Part shown: positions 1 through 11,095 of the stretch, one piece after another
How the letters are laid out: each line of letters opens with the position of its first letter
How positions within the stretch are numbered: position 1 is the first letter of the stretch
Assembly: GCF_030028105.1 (NCBI RefSeq)
Contig: NC_092372.1
Coordinates: 102,986,687-103,050,686 of the forward strand
DNA: 64,000 bases
Reading direction: 5' to 3'
From: Mobula birostris
Lineage: Eukaryota
Notes under the pieces: generated by a model
Told to the model about the DNA's origin: nothing
Seen by the model: only the letters and a program-made list of their open reading frames with translations
The model's database searches: none
Position numbers and translations under genes: made by a program

Positions 1-1594
1 ACAATAAATGAAATTCTTTGTGAAGTTGCAAAGATTGGAGAGAATTTGAATGAATTGGAATGGAATGATCTCTAATTTTTTTGCTGTATAAAATTTAATT
101 TCCAATATAATAAAACCTTTCATATATTTCTAAAAGATTACCAAATTATAGAAGATTTATAAACTACAGAGGATTTCTAAACAAAAGTATAAATCTTATG
201 AACTATAAGAACATACTGTATCAATGAGTTGTAGATGATTGAGTCATCCACTGAAGAAACTGTTCTTCTTGCTATCACACCATCCTTCTGTCATTCCTAA
301 CAACCCCCAATGCTTTCTAACATTTATACTGTTTTGTTATTAAATGATGTTATCTGCATGTGATATTTTTCAGATACCTTTGCTGGCCCAAAGTACTTCA
401 CACGGATAGTCTTAAAGCTTCTTGTGACAGAGATGCCAGACTCAAAATTAATGCCATGAAGTCTGACTCTCTGACTCTGAGAGTAGAGAAATATTCCAAC
501 TATCGATTGAACAGCTATACCTGTGACCCATGTTTGATGTGCTAAGTGACAAAATCATCTTGCTCTACAAAGTTCTTTGAACTTAGCCAATGTTGTTTGT
601 TTTGATGCAGGCCAATTTATTTTATTTAGAAATACATTGTAAGTCTTTTGTCTTATGTTGATTAAACTTTGGCCTACAAGACCTCTTTTGTTTACTTGTT
701 TACAACAAGAAGATAAGCAAGGAATATTGGTTAGAAGTTTAAATTTGTTACAAGCCACCCTGATCCTTTGGAAAGGCCATGCTACAGTTCTAGAAAGATT
801 AGATTTGCAAAAAGCCCTTGGGCCCTGGAAAGTGACTATCCGTCACAAAACTGAAAGGCAGTCAGTTCTGCTTGTGGAAAGAGCTGGCCATATTATGAGT
901 TTCAGAATTAGAGTTATGTCATCCTGAATCTCAGTTGGACAGCAGATTAATCACACCTTTTAAGAATATGAACATTTTCAAACAACCAGTATTTACGACA
1001 ACCAGCTTGCTTCATGATTAACATTATGCACACTTCTATTAAACAACAGTAGTATACCAATCCTCCCATTGTTGTGGGAGTCAATTAGTCAGTTTTGCAG
1101 CTCATAGGGAGTTGTTAATTTTCACTGTGACCTACAAAGTAAATAGGAGTTCACCTTAATTATTAGCCATTCTTGTCCTGGTGACCAAAGGCATCCTGAT
1201 TCAATCGGTGAAGGGCAACGCAAAGACGGATGGATGTAGTTGAAGCCCATACCATGAAATAACATGTCAAGCTTTGCATCTGGTTTGTTATTTTTTAAAG
1301 AAAACCAGTCTAGAAATGGTACCCAAGGCAACTGGTGTGCAGCGTATGTACCAGAAAAGGTCTCTGAAGCTTTAACAGTGCTGAAGATATGTCCTCAAGT
1401 GGAGTATTGGATTGTCGTTTGAAAACTCACTGCGTGATGAAGTTCAGAGCTCAATTCTATAAAGACAATATGTTTTTATGTTCACTGATTTAAGTTATTT
1501 ATATAACATAATTATTTATATTATATAAAAATAATTAAATATAAATAAATAATGCTATTTATATTACATAAATGAAAACAATTTCATAAAGCTC

Positions 1595-1825
1595 TGTCTA
1601 TAAAGAGCTTGTGCATTTTCCCCGTGACTGTGTGGGTTTCCTCTGGGTGCTCCAGTTTCCTCCCACAGTCTAAAGATGTAGTGATTTGCATGTAATTTGG
1701 TCAATGTGAATTGTCCTGTGATTAGTCCAGTATTAGTTGAGCTGCTGGGCAGTGCAGCTCATTGGGCTGGAGGGGGCTGTTCCACACAGTATCTCTAAAT
1801 TAATAAATAAATAGATAGATAGATA
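1595..1825 (+). mobile_element. V-domain SINE fragment (HE1-like) with (TAAA)n(TAGA)n tail; copies at ~20967-21197 and ~40330-40517
   Basis: Contains the V-SINE core gggtttcctctgggtgctccagtttcctcccacagtctaaaga. Confidence 0.75.
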
Positions 1826-1849
1826 AATGGTCAAACAAAAGTGGTGAGT

Positions 1850-2220
1850 GCAAGACTATTGCACATGATTCCTCAAGTCTGGTCTGTTCATCAATAAGCT
1901 CAATGCCATTCTGATATTTGGCTCCGATCCACTTTCCTGTCAAATCCCAATAACTTTTGATTTCACCAAGTGCCCAGAAATTCATTTCCACCTTGAACAT
2001 GTTTATTAATGACTCAGACTGAACAAATCTCTGGGTTAGACGTTTCCACAGATCTACAATTTTTCTCATCCTGACCTATCGTTACTGAACCTAAATCCTG
2101 GAATAATGTCTCAAGTGTTCAACTCCCCCATTTGGAGAAAATCTTTCTCAGTATCTGCTCTGTCAAGTCCACTCAGAGTCTGACCAACTTTAATAAAATC
2201 AAGCTTCTATTTCTCTTAAC
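1850..2220 (-). mobile_element. Old CR1 LINE 3' fragment
   Basis: The minus frame KIVDLWKRLTQRFVQSESLINMFKVEM resembles the CR1 ORF2 C-terminus (RVVNLWNSLPQ...SL..FK.E). Confidence 0.55.
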
Positions 2221-2888
2221 TCCGTTTTTTTTCCAACCATTTTACTTACAAGGATACTACTTCCTTTCTCACATTTTCATTATTGTAAGCCTTTGCACAC
2301 TTTGAGCATTAAAGTCCAAAAGGTGATAATATGAAGCGAAATATGTGAAAACAAAGAATATCTTCTGAAAAATCATAACTATGCTTTGAGATAATAGTGA
2401 AATATATAACTTTGAAAATATTGTTGAAACATTCTAGCAATGATTTTCCATGTTTGTTACCTGCTTAAACAATAGAGGTAACTTAGAAAGTGGACTTTGA
2501 TCTTATTGACACATAGCCATTAAACGTTAACAACAGAACAATCAATATTTACGCAGTAGCTGCATGTATTATGGTATTATAGCTGTTCTTTTTTGTCAAA
2601 TAATGAAAATAATTTTTCATTGTTTGAGTATACTACAATAAAAAATTCAACAAGATTTTGAGTTTAACTAAGTACTTCTGTGGGAGGCATTTTATTGGGC
2701 CATGCTGGGAGATGTGATCTGTGACTGGTGATATCCTGCTAGACGGAGGTTGTATGCTCCTTGTCAGGAAAAGTATCTCCCAAGATCTGCACTTGTTGCT
2801 TTAAACAATATAGAATAAAATGGTATTATTTAATACCACACCATCTCAGCTGGGAGAGTGTGTATATGGACAAAAGGTCCAGCCGTGG

Positions 2889-3321
2889 TGTGTAAGTGAA
2901 AAGGGGGTTAGAGTATCAGATAGGAAGGGTTAAATGGTGTACGTGACCTGGAAAGTATAGCAGGGGCGGGAACTAGACAACAGAACCGGGCACGGTTAGG
3001 ATGTTGCAACGGCATGCTCATTTCTTAGAATAGAGGTGCTTACTGACCTGTACCTCTGCACGTGAAGCTATTGAGATACATGATGAAATTGTTAACCACA
3101 AAACCATCATAAGCGTGGACAGGGGAAACAGGTGGTAACTGAAACCGTTTTTTCTGGATATAAATGTAACCTTGTACTCATGCTAGGCAGAGTTGATTGC
3201 CAGATGCTGCAGATGCGTATGGTGGTTACCTCTCCTCAGATCAAATTAAATAAAGAATTGATCGAGCAAAAACGTGGCCTCTGAGTGTTTTCTCCGACTG
3301 AATAACGAATCGGTAAGGACA
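2889..3321 (+). mobile_element. Solo LTR, 433 bp, with 4-bp TSD GTGG
   Basis: TG...CA termini, GTGG on both sides, TATAAA 3159-3164 and AATAAA 3249-3254. The empty site with a single GTGG is at 41683-41686 in unit C. Confidence 0.85.
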
Positions 3322-3394
3322 GTGGGAACAACAGCTAAATATCAAATTTCCCAGACTATGGAGTAAAGATGAGGTGCTTTACTGTGTATTTTAT

Positions 3395-3665
3395 AAGATC
3401 TGAGGTGTTAAAGATGATTTAACTCAAGGCTAAGAAATTTCCCTGCCTAACAACTGTCACCTCCAGAGGTCGTGCAAAATGAAAGTGGAGGAGTTTAATA
3501 ACTCATATTTCAGTCACACTTCAAACAGAGACAGACATTGCTGCTGTGATGAACAGAGGATCCTCTGGCAGAAAGTTAATTGGCAGTGAGGTCAAAGTTA
3601 AATAGCTCCACACCATATCAGCTCCTCTCCTTTACTGCACAGGGGATGTTGTGATGTGTTTAATG
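3395..3665 (+). promoter_or_regulatory. Candidate distal enhancer conserved between paralogous units (also ~22767-23037, ~41755-42025 and diverged at ~60440-60725)
   Basis: kB-like GAAATTTCCC 3434-3443 and IRF-like AAAATGAAAGT 3476-3486. The block is alignable to 60440-60725. Confidence 0.5.
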
Positions 3666-5089
3666 TTCCTTGACTGGTTGTGTACAACTGGACTTGCCAA
3701 GTGGAGGCCAACACTTTAGTCACATTTAATAGATGGAGACAAGGACTAGTTTTTACTTGCTTTGATCATGTGACTGTGTTTAGTAATTGACTTCAAGGGA
3801 ATCGAATATGTGCAGGTGAATTCAACACAATACCAACTTTGTTTAGTGATGAGAGCCAAAAGTGAATTTCTTTTGACTGTTCATTTTCCAACTGAATGCT
3901 AGGATATATGCTGAGACAATACAGAGATCAAAGCCTTTTGTAGGGAATAAGAAAAGGTGAAATCACAGCTCCAGATGTAGATGTAGATATTCCCGGTGAT
4001 ATTCTGTTCTGTGGTGCCTTGCTGCATAAATGCTTGTTGAGTTGTTGTAGTTGAAGCCTGTGACCTGGTTTCACTGGAAACTAAATATAAAAAGATACAG
4101 TTTGAGGGGCATGACCCCGGCCTTCCAGTGATAGCTTGGTTGCAGCTATAAACATTATATTCAATGTTGCCTGTTATGACAGAAAGTTTATCACATTGAA
4201 AAACAAAAGTTAATTAACATCTGCAAACAGTTTCATACTCTTGACAATCAAAAAGAAGCTCTGGAAATGACCAACAGTGTCTCTCAGCTGGACAACTTTA
4301 CATCAAATTAGAATAACCTTACTGTCTGTTACATACATGAATGACTTTTAAAAATGAATGCAGTAGGCGTGATTAGCACATTTGTAGATTACATCAGAAT
4401 TTTATTTGTGTTATTCATCGTGATGTGGAGAATATCAGTCTATAAGATGATTGTGATCATTTGGTTAAAAAGGGCAAAGCTATGGCAAATGGAAGTTGCT
4501 TCCAAGAAATAAGAGTTGGAGCACTTAAGATGAAATTATAAATAAAGATAGGACATGCACAATGAACGGTCAGGCCGAGGGGAGTAGTGAGGAACAGAGA
4601 GACCCTGGTGCATAAGCCAATCGAATGTGGTAGATTGCAGGAGAGGTAGATATGGTCATGGAGGGCAGAATGTGTCTCTATCTCTGGGAAGGTACAATTC
4701 TTGTAATTCACAAATTTTAGTTCAAATTTCAGAAATGCTGTTGCTATTATTGTCCCGAGGGTCGCCACTTTCTGCAAAATGACATTGTCTACTGAGCCTG
4801 TTGCAAAATGTGGAAGCAGAGAATCTGAAATTCCTCATTAGGGAAAGAACGTCTATTGCATAAGTAAATTGAACTTTGCAACAGATGACTCATTGATAAG
4901 TCTCTTTCCTACTTCAACTCTGTCAAAAATAGCTTTGTGAAATCAATCTGTGTGTGAGAGCAAAATAAGCCATATTAGTGATTAAAACAATGCTTAAAAA
5001 AGTCAATTCAAGATTATTGCATCAATGTGCTGACACTTTACAGAAAATGAGGATTGTATCCAATGTGCAGCCATGTGCATATACCTGTG

Positions 5090-5580
5090 TGTATTTTACA
5101 GACCTGCAGCAAAAGGTACACTGAGATATGCTGTAGTGTGCAGATCATGAAAGGGAGAGGAATTTTCTGGAAATCACAGGTGTCAGCTCACCATGCAGTC
5201 AGTATGTTCCCCTGAGCTGTGGAATTTCCCAGTGAGTGAGGTGTAAAATCTGAAACTGAATTCTGTTGCTCATCATCTGTCACTTATTTGAAAGAGAATG
5301 GTGATTGATTTTGTCACATATACTTTACAAAAGATGGACTTTGCATCTCTTCCCTAAATTTTGTAATTAAATCTTTAAAAACCACATTCACCACCTATTT
5401 TAATATATAATCCATATGTGGCTGTAAACCATAAAAGTATTGAAGGAAATTCTGCCAAAGTGAAAGAAGTTCTTTTCCTAAGGGCAGGGAAATTGCTTTT
5501 CTCAGGACATCAGTGTTTGGCAGATTTGAATGTTGGAGATGATGCAAGGAGAATCCCATAAATAGGAGCTCACTGGAACT
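5090..5580 (+). promoter_or_regulatory. Diverged upstream duplicate of the chemokine promoter (also at ~24462-24952 and ~43454-43944)
   Basis: Colinear with 6270-6750: AAAGTGAAAG, GGGAAATTGC 5487-5496, ggagatgatgcaa and gagaatcccataaataggagctcactg. It also has a perfect kB site GGAATTTCCC at 5221-5230. Confidence 0.75.
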
Positions 5581-5589
5581 ATTTTTATA

Positions 5590-6253
5590 CTTTTTTTTAG
5601 ATTATAAGAACACGCAATTCTCTTTTATTGTCATTTAGTAATGCATGCATTAAGAAATGATACAATGTTCCTCCAGTGTGATGTCACAGAAACAAAAGAT
5701 AGACCAAGACTGAAAAACTGACAAAAACACATAATTATAACATATAGTTACAACAGTGGAAGCAATATCTTAATTTGATAAAGGACAGACCATGGGCACG
5801 GTAAAAAAAAGTCTCAAAGTTTCTCAAAAGTCCCACATCTCACGCAGACGGTAGAAGGAAGAAAACGCTCCCTGCCATGAGCTACCAGCCACGCAAACTT
5901 GCCGATGCAGCATGCTGGAAGCACCCGACCTCAGTTGGACTCTGAGTCCGTCCGAAAACTTTGAGCCTCTGATCAGCCCTCTGACACCGAGCACCGAGCA
6001 CCATCTCTGCCGAGCACTTCGACCCCAGCCCAGGCTGCCAGCAACAGGCAAAGCCTAGGATTTGGGGCCTTCCCCTCTGGAGATTCTCGATTACACAGTA
6101 GCAGCGGCAGAGAACCGGCCATTTCAGAAGTTTCTGCAGATGTTCCTCTGTGCTCTCACGGCTGTCTCTATCAAATCAGAATTGTGCACGGCATCCTACT
6201 TACAAGTACCGATATCATTCACTGGAGAGGCTGCGCGTCGCCATCTTCTCCTT
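5590..6253 (-). mobile_element. ~0.66 kb non-autonomous SINE-like retroelement (copies ~24963-25618 and ~43955-44614)
   Basis: Reverse complement of the family at 14587-15253, with an AAGATGGCG head and AATAAA plus a (CTAAT)/A-rich tail. Confidence 0.8.
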
Positions 6254-6324
6254 CCTGTAAAATACTTGACCATATTTTACAAATCTGCAGCATTAAAGTG
6301 CACAGAGACACGCTGTAATGTGTA

Positions 6325-6745
6325 GACAGTGAAACGGAAAACGATTTTCTGGAAATCAGTGTATAAAGCACCACCAGGATGCTGTTCTCTGCTGAGGAAT
6401 CTCAAACTACCTGAGCAGTAAAGCCTGAAACTGGACTGATCCTGTTCAAGGAAAACAGCTGTTTCATTTTACACCATTCACTTTGCTGAAGGTGGATTTT
6501 AAACTTGCATAACATTAATAGATAAATCTTAAGAAATCACACGTGAGTAAATTACTACCAATTGTGCTACATAATGCAGCTGCAGTTGCAATCCACACAA
6601 CTGCTGAGATGCAGAAACACGAAAGTGAAAGAAGATCTGCCTCAGAAGCAGGGAAATTCCCTCTTTCAGGACGTCAGTGTTGGTGCAGATTTCACTGCAG
6701 GAGATGATGCAAATTGGAGAAGAGAATCCCCATAAATAGGAGCTC
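6325..6745 (+). promoter_or_regulatory. Proximal inflammatory/interferon-responsive promoter, copy A
   Basis: ISRE-like GAAACGGAAA 6331-6340 and GAAAGTGAAAG 6621-6631. C/EBP-like CAGTTGCAAT 6583-6592 and TGATGCAAA 6705-6713. Consensus NF-kB site GGGAAATTCCC 6651-6661. CRE-like GACGTCA 6670-6676. TATA-like CATAAATA 6731-6738, ~100 bp before the ATG. Confidence 0.8.
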
Positions 6746-6840
6746 ACTGAATGTCTGAGCATAACTTGATTCAGCAGAGAACTAGTGCATTGGACAGAAG
6801 AACCTTCAGCAGACATCCCTTCTAGAGTACAAAGTGGAAG

Positions 6841-9143
6841 ATGGACAGAACAGCCACTGTAACCATCCTCATCCTCCTTCTGTGTGCCATTGCTGCACAG
6901 GGTATGTTGAGATATCCGAACTTATTTTTTGTTTTTTATTAAAATAATGCACAAAGTCTATGATCTTGTGAGTCATGTACTGTTTACCAAAAAATTAAAT
7001 ACTTCCAGATTACTGTAAGTCTAATTCAGAAAGCTAGACAACCAATATAGAAAGAAATGCACCAAGAATTGATGTCGGACAGGATTTCCACTGTTTCCAC
7101 GGACTGCAGCTACAGTTCGATCTTTGTCAAAATAATGATGAATCTGAAACGCTGGAGAAATTATCAGCAAGTTTTACAGCCTTTGCTCTCCTGAAGCAAC
7201 AATGAAATCTGAGTGAATATAATCTTTCCTCAGGTGTTCCGATCCCAGGAGCACAAGGACGGTGCCACTGCATTCGGACCAGCTTTGATGTTATTCATCC
7301 GAAGTTCATCAGGAACTTGAAATACATTCCCAGTGGATCCCACTGCGAGAGAGCAGAGATAATGTGAGTAAATGAGTCAGACTATCATCTTTAACTCTGT
7401 TCCTTTACTGATGTTTATTTAATAAGCTGTGCACTTTAAGAGGAGACATACTCATTCTGTGGATTAAATTTGAATGACATTTTCTTTTCACAGTGTCACC
7501 CTGAGAAATGAGAAGAAAGTGTGTGTGGATCCTGATGCCAGGTGGTTGCAGGCTCTCATAGCAGCCATGAAAGGTCAGTGTTTGGTGTTTGTCAAAATTC
7601 ATACTTTAGCTGCCAAGGAAAGTAGATGTAGTGAATTGTTTTTGCCGTGTGACTCTGGTTCTTAATAGTGCAGGGTACTGTCTGTTCATCCCTGCTTAAC
7701 GCTCCCACCACCATTAAGTATCTTCCAGTACTTTACCTGAGTACCCTTCCTGTATGTGTGAGTCATAACCTGGAATATTTGCAAGCTATGGTGTCAGTGC
7801 CCTCACTCAACATTCATTATTAATGTTCCCTGGAACCGTGGTAGGGAACTGGAAGTCGAGGTTGGGTCACTATAGTCTATCAATTGCAGGAGCAATGGCT
7901 GGTACCAATTATCACATATTTTACAACCTCTCTGAGCCCAACAAATGAAGAACAACTTTTATTCTAATTAGGGACATTAGGTATAAAATAGTAATTAGTG
8001 ATTTTCCCCACAGGTTACAGCCCTAGTGCAGGGGTGGTTGAGGAATAGATCACTCAGATGCCAGTTACAGACAATGTTTTGTCTTGGGTGGTGTCCAGAG
8101 TCTTGATGATGGAGCTACTGACAGTGCTCACACTCTAGAGTCTTGCCTTGTAGAGAGACTATAGGGTGAAAAAGGGGTGTCAGAAGGTGACTCAACTCGG
8201 ATGACTACAGTAGATTGTGAATTGTTGATGCCAGAGAAGACAGCAATGGTGATGCCAATGACAATATTAGTGTCATTACCTTAACACTGTCTTTGACATT
8301 ATCATTGCTGTCTTCCCCAGCAACAACAGTTCGTTGTCTACTAGATACAGTATACGCTTACACATTAACTTCATGAGATGTTCAAAGTAAAGTCAGACCT
8401 GAGGTGGGGATCCAAAGCAGAGTTTGGGTCACTGTAAAGCTAACAACCGCAGGACCAGTATTCACTCCTTTTAGAACCCAGCTGAGCCCAAACAATGAAG
8501 AACATTCTTTATTCAGAGTGTGTACATTAGGAATAAAATGCTTAACAGCGAATTTCCCCACAGGTTGCAGACACAGAAAATGGGAGGTTGAGGGAATGAT
8601 GGGTTAAGGTGCCTTAAGAAGAATGCCTTGTTCTGATTGGTGTTGGAGCTACACTGATTCAGGAATGAAAGAGTGTTCATCACACTCTACCATTGTGCTT
8701 GTAGATAGTTGAATGGATGCTAAATGGGTATCAGGATTGACTCTCTATCTGAACCTTATAAATGCAGCTAATAACCTTGTGAAGATAAAATGATATTGCC
8801 AAGGATAGTCCTTGGGTCATTGCCTGGCTTGTTGGTTGGCATAAATGCCACCTGGCTTATACAGATCCATACCTGAATGTCATCAATGTCTTTATCTATG
8901 CTTGAATGTGTCAGTTTGTGAGGAAATTGAAATGGATTTGAACTCTGCACAATGCATTTAGAATAATGCCCATTCCAGTGTCATTGACATACTAACAAGT
9001 TTCCAAAACATAGCAATCTGCTCCTCTTTGTGGAATGCCAGTTTGAGAATTCTTGTAGTTCTCTTGCAGAAGACACATGATGCTGTATTACCGTGGGTAA
9101 CCATGCAAATTATTGAATTTCAGGAGGGAAAAAGCACAAGTGA
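6841..9143 (+). CDS. CXC chemokine, IL-8/CXCL8-like but ELR-negative, copy A. Exons 6841-6901, 7234-7363, 7494-7573, 9124-9143; 96 aa
   Basis: Splicing at GT/AG sites (G|gtatgt, ttcctcag|GT, AT|gtgagt, tttcacag|T, G|gtcagt, tttcag|GA) gives a hydrophobic signal peptide, C-H-C, HPKFI..L..IPSGSHC..AEIIVTL and VCVDPDARW. This is the 4-Cys CXC pattern with intron phases 1/2/1. Exon 4 is the least certain; it is favoured by an AG-free zone of ~49 nt upstream. Confidence 0.93.
8209..8342. repeat. Long imperfect inverted repeat (62-bp arms, 10-nt loop) in chemokine intron 3; present in all three copies
   Basis: 8209-8270 versus the reverse complement of 8281-8342 gives 46/62 matches without gaps. 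Confidence 0.85.
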
Positions 9144-10251
9144 AAAATCAGAAGCTGCAAAATAAGAGAATCAGTTCCATCTCTGGATTATCCGATGGGG
9201 AATGATGGAAGTTCAGCCCTGGGTGTTGACTCTGTGATATCACCATTCCAGTATATCCTCTTCATCGTCTTCTGAGAGTGATCTTGCTGTTCCTCCCTGT
9301 CAGAGGACATTTTTTACCTGGACACACTAGCTGTTTACATTTGAGAATGCCATGTGATATTTGTGTTAAACATTGTGCCAAATCCAAAGTTTCTTTGGAC
9401 ATCTGTGGTAAATTTTGGACATGTGAGATGCGCGTCAATTGTTAAGCCTTAATGTTAATGCTAAGAGTGGGAGATGATGATGATGTGAGAGGAATGTTAT
9501 TTATTAATTTTCATGGCTAACTTATTCAAGATGAACTTGGTTGACAAGGGACGGCAGTGACCTCTGGGATAAAATTCACATGCTGTTCACGTCCCACCCT
9601 CTCCCTTTTGCTGCTCTGTTATCAACACTCTCTTTACAAACTCAGAAATGAAAGAGGATAAATCAGCCTATGTGCAAAGAAGGATTATCTTTTGGTTATT
9701 GGGTTAATATAATCTGAGTCAGAATGTTGAAGATGTAAATAATTAAATCATTCCTCCTTTTTTCTTGAATATATGAGGTGATGCAGCATTGTTGCAATGA
9801 TTTCTAATGCAAAAATTTGCAGACATCTCTGTTATTTAAAATCTTGCTCATAGCCTGTAATATAGAAATGACAATATTGTTGACCAATACTGTTTGACTG
9901 AAGCATTTTTGTGCGAAAACGTAAGAACAAGTAACTGCAAGTAACATACATGCCATTTCACAGCGTTGTTTATTGACCATTGACTTTTCAACTAGTGCTT
10001 TCTTTGTAAAACGTCAAATTTTAGGATCTATCTGAAGTCTATGAAAGCAAATTTTTTGGAGTTGTAATTTTCATCTAAAGTACCTTCATTTTAGAAGGTA
10101 CTACTGCTAATAGTCTGATAATTACTGGAGAAAATGAAACTTGTAAATAGGAACAAGTGATAGAAATCTTTGCCTTGAGGACACGTTCACTGTCTGGACA
10201 GTTGATGTATGGGGATGAATTTGTTGATCATTCTTCAAAAGCACTTAAGAA

Positions 10252-10262
10252 AATAAAATAAA
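10252..10262 (+). terminator. Overlapping double AATAAA polyadenylation signal of copy A (B ~29617-29627, C ~48616-48626); implies a 3' UTR of ~1.1 kb
   Basis: aataaaataaa followed by GT/T-rich sequence. ATTTA-type AU-rich motifs lie upstream near 9499 and 9834. Confidence 0.55.
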
Positions 10263-10737
10263 GTGTATTTTTCATGAAGAACTTGTTGATAACCTTTCTG
10301 AATTTTTACTATTAAGTTTTTAGTTTCTTTCGTGGAGTTTCTTTAATTTGCTTCACATCGCACAAATGGTCTGGGCAGGTACTGAGCTCACACTGAGACA
10401 ATTACACAAACAAGTTGAACCAATGATGTTGCAGTTGTACAAATTGCCTACCCAACTCAAGGGTTTATGTGAGGAAAATTAAAGGATTAGGGATGAATAA
10501 TGTGGATTTAGCCGAGTAAAGGAGAAGATTACTTTTGAACACTTGGTCTGTAATTTAACACTGGCAGGCAAGGTGCCGTTTGCAGCCAGTAGGAAACTGG
10601 AACTGCTGCAGAGGGCTAAAGCTGGCATGAAGTTTAGTTCAGCGGTCAGTGTGAGCCTATTAAATGTAAATTCTCTTATCATTATTTTATTGAATGTAGG
10701 CAGCAGGAACTGGTAATCCCAATTGTCCCTTAAATTC

Positions 10738-11095
10738 AATACTGAGTTTGTATCTTCACATACCCGTGCCTCCTCTTTGATGGTACCAATGAGAAGAGGA
10801 CATATCCTGGGTAATGTGGGTCCTCAATGACGTATGTGCCCTTTCTGAGGCATCGCTCTTTGAAGATGAATTTGCTGGGGTGGCTAGTGCCCATGGTGGT
10901 ACTGGCTGAGTTTACAACTTTCTGCAGATTTTTCCAATTTTGCGCAGTGACCTCTCCATACCAGACAGTGATGCAAACAGTTAGAATGCTCTCCACGTAA
11001 CAGCTGTAGAATTTTGAGAGAGTCTTTAGTGCACTACCAAGTCTCCTCAAACTCAAAATGCAATATAGCCACTGTTGTGCCTTTTTTGTAATTTC
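10738..11095 (-). mobile_element. Rex1/Babar-type LINE fragment truncated at both ends by deletions (copy 30103-30460)
   Basis: ITKKAQQWLY..LRRLG....LSKFYSCYVESILTVCITVWYG is the DUF1891-type C-terminal region of Rex1/Babar ORF2. Confidence 0.8.

Noticed and set aside
4457-4777. 106-aa ORF kept open in all three units
   Set aside because: Non-ATG start and no recognisable domain. Its persistence is explained by recent duplication.
6347-6355. TTCTGGAAA as a STAT/GAS site
   Set aside because: It does not fit canonical TTCN3GAA. It is conserved in both promoter copies but too weak to call.
7474-7665. 63-aa ORF MTFSFHSVTLRNEKKVCVDPDARW... as a standalone gene
   Set aside because: It is chemokine exon 3 read together with flanking intron sequence.
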